Below, piece by piece: positions 28,702 through 36,198 of a stretch of 64,000 bases of DNA. Below the pieces are notes generated by a model, which made no database searches, had not been told where the DNA came from, and saw nothing but the letters and a program-made list of their open reading frames with translations. Every line of letters begins with the position of its first letter. Position 1 is the first letter of the stretch. The position numbers and the translations under genes are program-made. The stretch comes from a virus, in the IMG/VR virus record IMGVR_UViG_3300021379_000006, positions 1 through 64,000 of that record. The stretch is one strand, 5' to 3'.

Positions 28702-29004
28702 TTATTTCTTTTTTGCTTTTTTCTTTTTAGGTCCTGAGTATGTGCTTCTACCAGATGTACCACCCATTTTCATTTTTTGCTTAGAGCCACCATACATCAT
28801 TTTTTCTTTACCATAACCGTACTTTTCAGCACCGTATCTCATTTTATCTGCAGCCATCTCTACAAGATCCAACATGCCACCGGCTTTCATAAGTAGTTTT
28901 TCACCACCGGCTCTCATATAACCCATTTTGTTACGTACCGCAGTTGGGAGACCTCTTAGGCCATTGTATTTTTTACCTGCTGGTACTTTTTTCATATTTC
29001 CCAT
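28702..29004 (-). CDS. Basic Met/Gly-rich protein with repeated MxxGG motifs
   Basis: MRAGG, MKAGG, MRYGA, MMYGG, MKMGG; Lys-rich tail. Confidence 0.65.
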   Translation of the reverse strand: MGNMKKVPAGKKYNGLRGLPTAVRNKMGYMRAGGEKLLMKAGGMLDLVEMAADKMRYGAEKYGYGKEKMMYGGSKQKMKMGGTSGRSTYSGPKKKKAKKK

Positions 29005-29005
29005 T

Positions 29006-29155
29006 TTATTCTATATCTAATGTTAATGTCAAAATAAATAAATACAACTTAATTGTTGTATAATTAAATTCTTGTGTTGGTTCTATATAGTCCCAACCCA
29101 CAGCTAATCTATTATGAGGCCAATGAAGTGCCACTTCTAATTGCCAATTTCTCAT
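29006..29155 (-). CDS. Small hypothetical protein (49 aa, not in track)
   Basis: MRNWQLEVALHWPHNRLAVGWDYIEP...; tightly packed between neighbours. Confidence 0.55.
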   Translation of the reverse strand: MRNWQLEVALHWPHNRLAVGWDYIEPTQEFNYTTIKLYLFILTLTLDIE

Positions 29156-29286
29156 TTGCCTTGACCTCTATATCTTTTTTTATAATTAGTGCTGCTCTTG
29201 CTCTTACTTGATTTAGTTTTAGAGTGAACACCTGGTCGTTTGGTTTTGGGTTTTCTTTCATAAACCCCACCCACTAATTTTGCCAT
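29152..29286 (-). CDS. Small basic protein (44 aa, not in track)
   Basis: MAKLVGG...KRPGVHSKTKSSKSKSSTNYKKRYRGQGK; TAATG and ATGA overlaps. Confidence 0.6.
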   Translation of the reverse strand: MAKLVGGVYERKPKTKRPGVHSKTKSSKSKSSTNYKKRYRGQGK

Positions 29287-29531
29287 TACTCTTGGTCTTT
29301 TTTGTTACCCCAAATCTTATCTACAGAAGCAAGACCCAATGCACCAAATGCCAATGCTGCAACAGCATTAATTAAAACTGGTGATGGAGCTATATGTTCT
29401 TCTGTAAATTGATTTGCAAATAATGTTATACACAAAGATACCCCCGCAAGGATACCAATAAATCGTTTAGATGATGGTGTACCCTTTTCATCTTTTAGTA
29501 AACCGCTTAACCAACTAATAATCTTTTTCAT
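29286..29531 (-). CDS. Putative holin (2 TM)
   Basis: MKKIISW start; PSSKRFIG followed by two hydrophobic helices and a charged tail. Confidence 0.55.
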   Translation of the reverse strand: MKKIISWLSGLLKDEKGTPSSKRFIGILAGVSLCITLFANQFTEEHIAPSPVLINAVAALAFGALGLASVDKIWGNKKDQE

Positions 29532-29535
29532 TGTA

Positions 29536-29784
29536 TTATTTTTTCTTTGGTCTACCTCTACGCTTACCGCCTTTAGCTGCAGCAACAACATCTTTAGCTT
29601 GTTCTGCTACATCTTTCATTTCTTTTTTTACATCTTGGAGCTCTTCCTTAACTCTTTTGGCTCTGCGCTTTGTTTCTTTAACTACTTCAATTGCCTTCTC
29701 ATCAATCTCAGTTTTAGACCAAAGCCAGTCCCAGCCTTGCTTTAGAGAAAAATTCCAGATTTTTGTTAATACTTGCTTAATCAT
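29536..29784 (-). CDS. Hypothetical coiled-coil protein with basic tail
   Basis: 82 aa, ends GGKRRGRPKKK (AT-hook-like GRP). Confidence 0.6.
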   Translation of the reverse strand: MIKQVLTKIWNFSLKQGWDWLWSKTEIDEKAIEVVKETKRRAKRVKEELQDVKKEMKDVAEQAKDVVAAAKGGKRRGRPKKK

Positions 29785-29848
29785 TTTTGTATCTTAATGG
29801 TTACTCTATTAATATAATGAATAATTAAATTAATTCAAAATCATAGAG

Positions 29849-30157
29849 TTAGAGGTTTTTAAGTCTTTCGTTTTCTTTCTCAAGAAATTCCACCTTAACC
29901 CGTAAGGCATGAACTTCTGCAGTCAACGCTAATACTTGTTCTCTCATCTCATCTTTCTCTTCTGAAGACTTAGACAAGAGCTCTTCAAGATTGCGGACTC
30001 TGTGTTTTAAATCATCTCTGTATTGCACACCGTCACTATTTATATGGTCAAATTTTTCTTTTTCTTTCTTCTCTTTATATCTTGTGGATATAAATTGCCA
30101 CACACTAGCTGATCCTGCAACAGTTATGACCGTGATAATTATTTCCGTAAAATCCAT
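29849..30157 (-). CDS. Membrane-anchored coiled-coil protein, possibly lysis-related
   Basis: N-terminal TM helix followed by a heptad-rich region. Confidence 0.6.
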   Translation of the reverse strand: MDFTEIIITVITVAGSASVWQFISTRYKEKKEKEKFDHINSDGVQYRDDLKHRVRNLEELLSKSSEEKDEMREQVLALTAEVHALRVKVEFLEKENERLKNL

Positions 30158-30287
30158 TTGTCAAATGCTTATAAATAAAAAAGGATAGCTGGTTCAAATC
30201 ATTTATATTTGTACACTATCTATATATAATATACAAAATCTGTCTGAGATTTTGAAACTTTAAATCTGTAATCTTTAAATTTTAAAT

Positions 30288-30476
30288 ATGAAACCAACAA
30301 ACGTATCATTTAACCACAAAACAATGTGGACTATTCTACCCGGTCAACCTATGCTTGGATTTCAGTTGATCAACAATGAAGTTCTTTGTGAAGATGATCA
30401 GTGGAGACGTATGTATGGAATTGTCATTGGCTTGTTCTTTATCAAGTTTGAATACGCTCATATTATTTGGAAATAA
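30288..30476 (+). CDS. Small hypothetical protein
   Basis: 62-aa ORF, first gene of the plus-strand island. Confidence 0.55.
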   Translation: MKPTNVSFNHKTMWTILPGQPMLGFQLINNEVLCEDDQWRRMYGIVIGLFFIKFEYAHIIWK

Positions 30477-30533
30477 ATCCATTTCCTTTAGGAAGGCTTC
30501 TCAATTTTTCGTAAATTGATTATACATTCAACC

Positions 30534-30576
30534 GCTATGCAGAAGACATTACTTGTAGTCTGCATAGCTTTTTTTT
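30534..30576 (+). terminator. Strong intrinsic terminator just upstream of nrdB
   Basis: GCTATGCAGA...TCTGCATAGC 10-bp stem followed by T8. Confidence 0.75.
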
Positions 30577-30603
30577 CTCTAACTGATTTTAAATAAGAAC
30601 ATT

Positions 30604-31584
30604 ATGACAAGAAACATTTTTATGCCAAGGGAAAACATCCTTCCTTATGAATATCCATCTTTATTGGAATACAAAGATGCCATTAGACATTCTTACTGGA
30701 TTGATACTGAATATAACTTTACAACTGACATTAATGACTTCCATGTTAATGTGTCTGATGAAGAGCGTGAAGTTATTAAAAGAACCATGCTAGCCATTGC
30801 ACAAATAGAAGTAAATGTAAAAACCTTCTGGGCTGATCTTTATAAAAGAATGCCTATAACAGAAATTGGTGATGTTGGGATGACTTTTGCAGAATCAGAA
30901 GTAAGGCATAAAGATGCATATGCAAGACTACTTAGAATCTTAGGTCTTGAAGAAGAGTTTAAAACTGTAGTAGAAATCCCAGCCATCAAGAATAGAATTA
31001 AGTATTTAAAGAAATACTTAGATGGATCTCGTAGTAGAGATAATAAGATGTATACTAAATCAGTTTTATTATTTTCTTTATTCATTGAACATGTAAGTTT
31101 ATTTAGCCAGTTCTTGATCATGATGTCTTTCAACAAAGAAAAAAATATCTTTAAGGGTATTTCTAACGTTGTTGAAGCAACAAGCAAAGAAGAAGATATC
31201 CACGGTAACTTTGGTGTAGAGATTATTAATATCATCAAACAAGAAAATCCTGATTGGTTTGATAAAGAGTTTGAAGATTTAATTTACTCTGCTTGCAATA
31301 AAGCATATGTTGCTGAGTGTGGGATCTTAGATTGGATCTTTGAAAAAGGTGAACTAGAGTTCTTACCAAAAGATACAATTAAACATTTCATCATGAACCG
31401 CTTTAACAATTCACTACAAAAGATTGGAATGAATAAACATTTTGAAGTTGACAATGCTTTGTTAGCTTCAACAAAATGGTTTGATGTTGAAATTACAGCT
31501 ACTAAAGAAGGAGACTTCTTTTATAAGAAGCAAATTGATTACAACAAGAAAAGTAAAAGTATAACAGTTGATGATCTATTCTAA
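30604..31584 (+). CDS. nrdB: Ribonucleotide reductase class I, beta subunit
   Basis: ESEVRHKDAY (metal ligands and radical Tyr), IEHVSLFSQF, EEDIH, DFF. Confidence 0.95.
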   Translation: MTRNIFMPRENILPYEYPSLLEYKDAIRHSYWIDTEYNFTTDINDFHVNVSDEEREVIKRTMLAIAQIEVNVKTFWADLYKRMPITEIGDVGMTFAESEVRHKDAYARLLRILGLEEEFKTVVEIPAIKNRIKYLKKYLDGSRSRDNKMYTKSVLLFSLFIEHVSLFSQFLIMMSFNKEKNIFKGISNVVEATSKEEDIHGNFGVEIINIIKQENPDWFDKEFEDLIYSACNKAYVAECGILDWIFEKGELEFLPKDTIKHFIMNRFNNSLQKIGMNKHFEVDNALLASTKWFDVEITATKEGDFFYKKQIDYNKKSKSITVDDLF

Positions 31585-31588
31585 AAAG

Positions 31589-33214
31589 ATGAGCTATAAA
31601 AAATACTATTGGCTGAATGAAGACAGCCGCACCTTTTTATCAAGAGGTTATATAAATGAAAGCCCTGAGCAAAGAATTAAAGACATTGCAAATACTGCAG
31701 AAAAGTATTTAAAAATAGATGGGTTTGCACAAAAGTTTGAGGAGTATATGGCAAGGGGTTTTTACTCTTTGTCTACTCCTGTGTGGATTAACTTTGGTAA
31801 GCAGAAAGGTTTACCTATTAGTTGTTATGGTTCTAATGTAGATGATACTCTAGATAGTATCCTCAACGCTGGTCGTGAGATTGGCATGATGTCTAAGTAT
31901 GGTGGTGGTACTAGTGTTTATCTAGGTAACATTAGAGAGCGTGGTGCTACTATATCAACCGGTGGTACTGCAGATGGACCAGTTCACTATGCAAGAATGT
32001 ATGATACAGTTGTTGATGTCTGCAAACAATCAGAAGCAAGACGTGGTGCTTGTGCTGCTTGGTTACCAGTAGAACATCCTGATATCATAGAGTTCTTAGA
32101 TATTGGCAGTGAAGGAAATCCAATTCAAAATCTTCAATATGGTATTACAGTAACTGATGCCTGGTTGCAAGAAATGAAAGATGGAGACGCTGATAAACGT
32201 AAGATATGGGCAAAGATCATTCAAAGACGTAATGAGTTTGGCTTCCCTTATATTATGTTTAAAGATAACTCTAATAACAACTCTCCTTACAAAGAGTTAG
32301 GTCTAGAGATTACAGCATCAAACCTTTGTTCTGAAATACAACTTCCAACAGATAGTTATAACTCTTTTGTTTGTTGTCTTGGTTCTATGAACTTATTGCA
32401 TTGGGATGAGATCAAAGAAACAGACGCAATTGAAACATACGTTCTGTTTCTTAACGCAGTAATGGATGAGTTTATTACTAAGTCTTCTACTTTACCCGGC
32501 TTAAAAAGAGCTCATAGATTTGCAAGTCAACATAGAGCTATTGGCTTAGGTGTATTGGGATACCACTCATACTTTCAATCTAAGCTAATTGAGTTTGAAT
32601 CTCTTGAAGCTAAGATGCTTAACAATCAGATTTTCAGTACACTAAAGAAAAGAAGTGAAGAAGCATCTCAATGGTTGCATCAATTCAAAGGATATCAATG
32701 TTTAAGAGAAGGATTTGCTAATACAACATTGTTAGCCATTGCTCCTACAAAATCAAGTAGTTTTATTCATGGTCAAGTATCTATGGGTATTGAACCCATC
32801 AAGTCTAATTACTTTATTAAAGATTTAGCTAAGAGTAAAACAGTATATAAGAATCCTTTCTTAGAAGCTGAACTTGAGAAGTATGATCTAAATACAGAAG
32901 AAGTTTGGGAAGATATCTTAAAGAAAGATGGATCTGTTCAGCATTTAGATTTTCCAACCAAAGCTGTATTTAAATCTTTTATTGAGATTAGTCCAAAAGA
33001 ACTTGTTCTGCAGGCAGCTCAAAGACAAAAGTATATTGATCAGGCACAGTCATTAAATCTAATGATTCACCCTAGTGTATCTGCTAAAGATATAAATCAA
33101 TTATATCTGTACGCTCATGAAGAAGGTGTGAAGACTTTATACTATCAGTTTAGTCAAAGTTCTGCTCAAGCATTCTCTAGAAATATTCTTGAGTGTGCTA
33201 GTTGTGAAGGATAA
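31589..33214 (+). CDS. nrdA: Ribonucleotide reductase class I, alpha subunit (short, no ATP cone)
   Basis: PISC, RRGA, SNLCSEI, VCCL, APT, TLYY, C-terminal CASC; probable start ATG 31589. Confidence 0.95.
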   Translation: MSYKKYYWLNEDSRTFLSRGYINESPEQRIKDIANTAEKYLKIDGFAQKFEEYMARGFYSLSTPVWINFGKQKGLPISCYGSNVDDTLDSILNAGREIGMMSKYGGGTSVYLGNIRERGATISTGGTADGPVHYARMYDTVVDVCKQSEARRGACAAWLPVEHPDIIEFLDIGSEGNPIQNLQYGITVTDAWLQEMKDGDADKRKIWAKIIQRRNEFGFPYIMFKDNSNNNSPYKELGLEITASNLCSEIQLPTDSYNSFVCCLGSMNLLHWDEIKETDAIETYVLFLNAVMDEFITKSSTLPGLKRAHRFASQHRAIGLGVLGYHSYFQSKLIEFESLEAKMLNNQIFSTLKKRSEEASQWLHQFKGYQCLREGFANTTLLAIAPTKSSSFIHGQVSMGIEPIKSNYFIKDLAKSKTVYKNPFLEAELEKYDLNTEEVWEDILKKDGSVQHLDFPTKAVFKSFIEISPKELVLQAAQRQKYIDQAQSLNLMIHPSVSAKDINQLYLYAHEEGVKTLYYQFSQSSAQAFSRNILECASCEG

Positions 33215-33249
33215 ATATATCATTAAATCTTAATGATGCACAAAACATC

Positions 33250-33288
33250 AAGGGGTCAGTCGCATAAGTGGCTGGCCCTTCTTGTTTT
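33250..33288 (+). terminator. Intrinsic terminator after nrdA
   Basis: GGGTCAGTCGC-ATAA-GTGGCTGGCCC (with G-U pairs) followed by TTCTTGTTTT. Confidence 0.7.
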
Positions 33289-33315
33289 AGAGGTATAAAA
33301 TTTGTATATTATTAT

Positions 33316-33426
33316 ATGGATGCACACAAATTTTTTAAAACTGAAGAATTTAAATCTTTAAGTTGGCCTAAAAGAATATGGCTACGCTTACAGGTGGCAT
33401 TCTTTGAAACTATACAAATGTTATGA
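33316..33426 (+). CDS. Small peptide (36 aa, not in track) heading the two-component operon
   Basis: MDAHKFFKTEEFKSLSWPKRIWLRLQVAFFETIQML; ATGA overlap with the next gene. Confidence 0.55.
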   Translation: MDAHKFFKTEEFKSLSWPKRIWLRLQVAFFETIQML

Positions 33427-33611
33427 AAAAGATTACCTCTGTAAGAGCAGTATATTTATTAATGTCTCTTGTTTTATTAGCTGGTTTTTTATTTAAAAAC
33501 TGGTATGTAATATTATTTGTAGTTGTTATGCTACAAGTAGGTGTATGGACAAAATTCTGTCCTAGCAAATGGCTCTTTGAAAAACTAGGATTCCGTAAGA
33601 GTGATTTGTAA
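33423..33611 (+). CDS. DUF2892 / YgaP-like small membrane protein
   Basis: Two TM helices followed by TKFCP...LG. Confidence 0.7.
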   Translation: MKKITSVRAVYLLMSLVLLAGFLFKNWYVILFVVVMLQVGVWTKFCPSKWLFEKLGFRKSDL

Positions 33612-34516
33612 TGAGTGTATTGGATGGAATATCTATAAGAAGTAGAATATGTCTGCTCTGTGCTACACTGATTATGTTGACATTCTTTGTCTTCAAAACA
33701 TTAGTAGTATTTAGATATATACATCATAGCACATTCACTCATTACTTTGAGTGGTTATCTGTTATTGCTTTCATGCCTCCTTTCTTTGTTGTAGTTCGTG
33801 AGTTTCTGCAAAACAAAGAACAGATTAAAGATAGCCTATCTCAGAAGAACATATACCTAGAACATGCCGCAAAAATCATTAGACATGATATGCACAGTGG
33901 TATCAATACTTACTTACCGAGAGGGATCAAGTCCCTTAACCGCAGACTTACTGAAGAAAGTATTGAAGAACTCAGAATTAAAGCACCATTGCAGTTAATA
34001 AGAGATGGTCTACACCATGCTCAAAAAGTGTATGCTGGTGTATATGAGTTTACCAATCTGGTAAAAGAGAACGCTGTTTTAAACACAAAGCCTTGTAATC
34101 CTAAAGAGATTTTAGAAGATTATTTAAAGCTGACAGCATATAAAAATCAAGTAATAATTGATGACTCTGTACCAGAACGGCTGGAATTAAATGAAGCTTT
34201 GTTCTGTACAGCCATAGATAACTTAATCCGTAATGGATTAAAATATAATGATAGTCCTACTAAATGGGTTAAGATTTATCATGAAGGGTCGTACCACAAA
34301 GGATCTTTTATTGTAGTAGAAGATAATGGGCGTGGTATCACACAAGAAGAATTTATAGAATTAAGCAAGCCTTATTCCAGAAAAGAAGGTCAAAAAGAAC
34401 AAGGTACTGGATTAGGTCTAAACATATGTATTGAAATATTAAAAGAACACGGATTTAAAATATCCGCAGAAAAGAAAGAAAAAGAAACCGGAACCAAAAT
34501 AAAAATTGAATTATGA
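33611..34516 (+). CDS. Sensor histidine kinase
   Basis: 2 TM; H-box IRHDMHS; N-box NLIRNGLKY; G1 EDNGRGI; G2 GTGLGLNIC. Confidence 0.93.
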   Translation: MSVLDGISIRSRICLLCATLIMLTFFVFKTLVVFRYIHHSTFTHYFEWLSVIAFMPPFFVVVREFLQNKEQIKDSLSQKNIYLEHAAKIIRHDMHSGINTYLPRGIKSLNRRLTEESIEELRIKAPLQLIRDGLHHAQKVYAGVYEFTNLVKENAVLNTKPCNPKEILEDYLKLTAYKNQVIIDDSVPERLELNEALFCTAIDNLIRNGLKYNDSPTKWVKIYHEGSYHKGSFIVVEDNGRGITQEEFIELSKPYSRKEGQKEQGTGLGLNICIEILKEHGFKISAEKKEKETGTKIKIEL

Positions 34517-34950
34517 TTAATACACTTATGTTAATTGATGATGAGAACCTCTTCCACTTGGTGTTTGAAGATGCTTGCTCATTGTTGGATATGGCCCTAT
34601 CTATAGAAGCATTGGATAGCTCTGATGAAGCTGATGCTAAATTTAAAAAATGGTTTCCTGATGATCCAGATCATGAGAGACCAGAATGTGTATTTGTAGA
34701 CCTTAATATCATTGGATCTTCTTATGATGGCATTGAAATGATTCGTAAAGTAAATTATGAATATGGCAATGGATGTGTTATTGGTATTATATCAAGCTCA
34801 TCTGATACAGAAGAAATAGACAAAGCTAAAGCTGTTGGAGCGCAGTTTTGGATTATAAAGTCTGATGACATTGAACCACGTCTTGAAGAATTTATGAAAG
34901 ACTATGATGGTTATCTAAATAAGACCGCTCCGTTTAAAATATATAGGTGA
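34513..34950 (+). CDS. Single-domain response regulator (receiver only)
   Basis: LIDDE acidic pocket, FVDLN phospho-Asp, DGIE, ISSS, GAQFWIIK. Confidence 0.92.
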   Translation: MINTLMLIDDENLFHLVFEDACSLLDMALSIEALDSSDEADAKFKKWFPDDPDHERPECVFVDLNIIGSSYDGIEMIRKVNYEYGNGCVIGIISSSSDTEEIDKAKAVGAQFWIIKSDDIEPRLEEFMKDYDGYLNKTAPFKIYR

Positions 34951-35528
34951 TAGAGATTACAGAACATACAAGAAACATTTTATTAGAAGTTGCTAAGAAG
35001 AAAAAAATCTATGTAGAAGGCAGCTTTCTAAAACTATTACGTGCACCTAAAGATGATAAGGAGTTTGCAGAATATCTTGCTTTATGTAAAAAGAAAGATA
35101 CTGAAGCTCGTAAAAAAAGATTACAAGTAACCAAACAAGTTCAATCTCAAAATAAAGAATTAGAAGCAGCTGCTGCAGAGAATGAAAAGCTTATGGCTGA
35201 TCTCAAAGATGCATTAGAAGAATCTAATGAACTCAGAGCTCAAGCAGAACAAAGCATGGACAAAGCTTTACAAGATTTAGACTTGATGCAAAAACGTAGT
35301 CAGTTTGAACTTATAGGTACTATTGTAAGAGTAGCACTTGTTATAATTGTAGGTGTGGGTGTTCTTACTACTGTAATGTATGGCCTTGCTTTGGTGTCAG
35401 GCACTGATACTCAGATAATTGGAAGCACTTGGTCTAATATGTTTGGTATACTCTTAACTAATGCATTTTCTATTGTAGGTACTATAATGGGTGTAAAGTA
35501 TGCAACTGAAAAATCGGAGGAAAAATGA
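34947..35528 (+). CDS. Coiled-coil protein with two C-terminal TM helices
   Basis: Heptad-rich central region followed by two hydrophobic segments; overlaps the receiver gene. Confidence 0.7.
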   Translation: MIEITEHTRNILLEVAKKKKIYVEGSFLKLLRAPKDDKEFAEYLALCKKKDTEARKKRLQVTKQVQSQNKELEAAAAENEKLMADLKDALEESNELRAQAEQSMDKALQDLDLMQKRSQFELIGTIVRVALVIIVGVGVLTTVMYGLALVSGTDTQIIGSTWSNMFGILLTNAFSIVGTIMGVKYATEKSEEK

Positions 35529-36106
35529 AAAAGTATTTTAATAGTATACAATCTGTAGCAATAGCTGTATTGATTATTGTCATATTACTTATGAGATCTT
35601 GTGATAAGCAAGATCCTGTAGAGCCTATAATTATTACAAAGGTTGAAACCGTCTTTGATACAATCACTAAAGAAGTACCTGTTTACGTACCTAAATACGT
35701 ACAGAAAATAGAATACATTCATGACACTATTGTGGATAGCACGCCCATTGATACTGCATCTATACTAAAAGATTACTTTGCTACTTATGTATACCAAGAC
35801 AATCAGGAACTTGATAGTCTTACCTTAACTATAATTGATTCAGTATCACAAAATAAAATTTTTGCACGCACTATACAGTATGATCTTATCTATCCAACAA
35901 CTACAATCACAAAAGAAATCTATCTAAATCAAAGAGAGTTTTACTGGGGGATAGGAATGCAAGGTAGAACTGATCAACTTAACTATGTTGGTGGTGAATT
36001 ACTATATAGGAACAAAAAGAAACAAGCATATGGTCTTGGTGTAGGCATAAACCAAGATCTTCAGCCTGTAGTATCCGGAAAGCTTTACTGGAAAATAGGA
36101 AAGTAA
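35525..36106 (+). CDS. Membrane-anchored envelope protein, spanin-like (putative)
   Basis: Hydrophobic N-terminus ending LMRSC, DT-rich stalk, C-terminal amphipathic beta strands ending GKLYWKIGK. Confidence 0.5.
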   Translation: MKKYFNSIQSVAIAVLIIVILLMRSCDKQDPVEPIIITKVETVFDTITKEVPVYVPKYVQKIEYIHDTIVDSTPIDTASILKDYFATYVYQDNQELDSLTLTIIDSVSQNKIFARTIQYDLIYPTTTITKEIYLNQREFYWGIGMQGRTDQLNYVGGELLYRNKKKQAYGLGVGINQDLQPVVSGKLYWKIGK

Positions 36107-36177
36107 CGGCTAGGTTGCTAGAGGTTGGGGCTTCAACCCACTTGGCTTATCACTCCCTCTACAACCCAGCTCAAACA

Positions 36178-36198
36178 AATCACCGTCTATAGGTGATT
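36178..36198. terminator. Hairpin at the convergence point, terminator for the minus-strand block
   Basis: AATCACC-GTCTATA-GGTGATT with a T-rich tail on the minus strand. Confidence 0.55.

Noticed and set aside
30186-30205. GGTTCAAATC resembling a tRNA T-loop
   Set aside because: No flanking T-stem, acceptor stem or cloverleaf; no tRNA recognised anywhere in the window
15568-33214. Inteins or introns in polB and nrdA/nrdB
   Set aside because: The proteins are compact with contiguous motifs; no splice-junction or homing-endonuclease signatures seen
33423-35528. Host chromosomal DNA or a prophage boundary explaining the two-component genes
   Set aside because: Both flanks are phage genes, composition and overlap style match the rest, and no integrase or att-like site was seen; a misassembly cannot be fully excluded without reads
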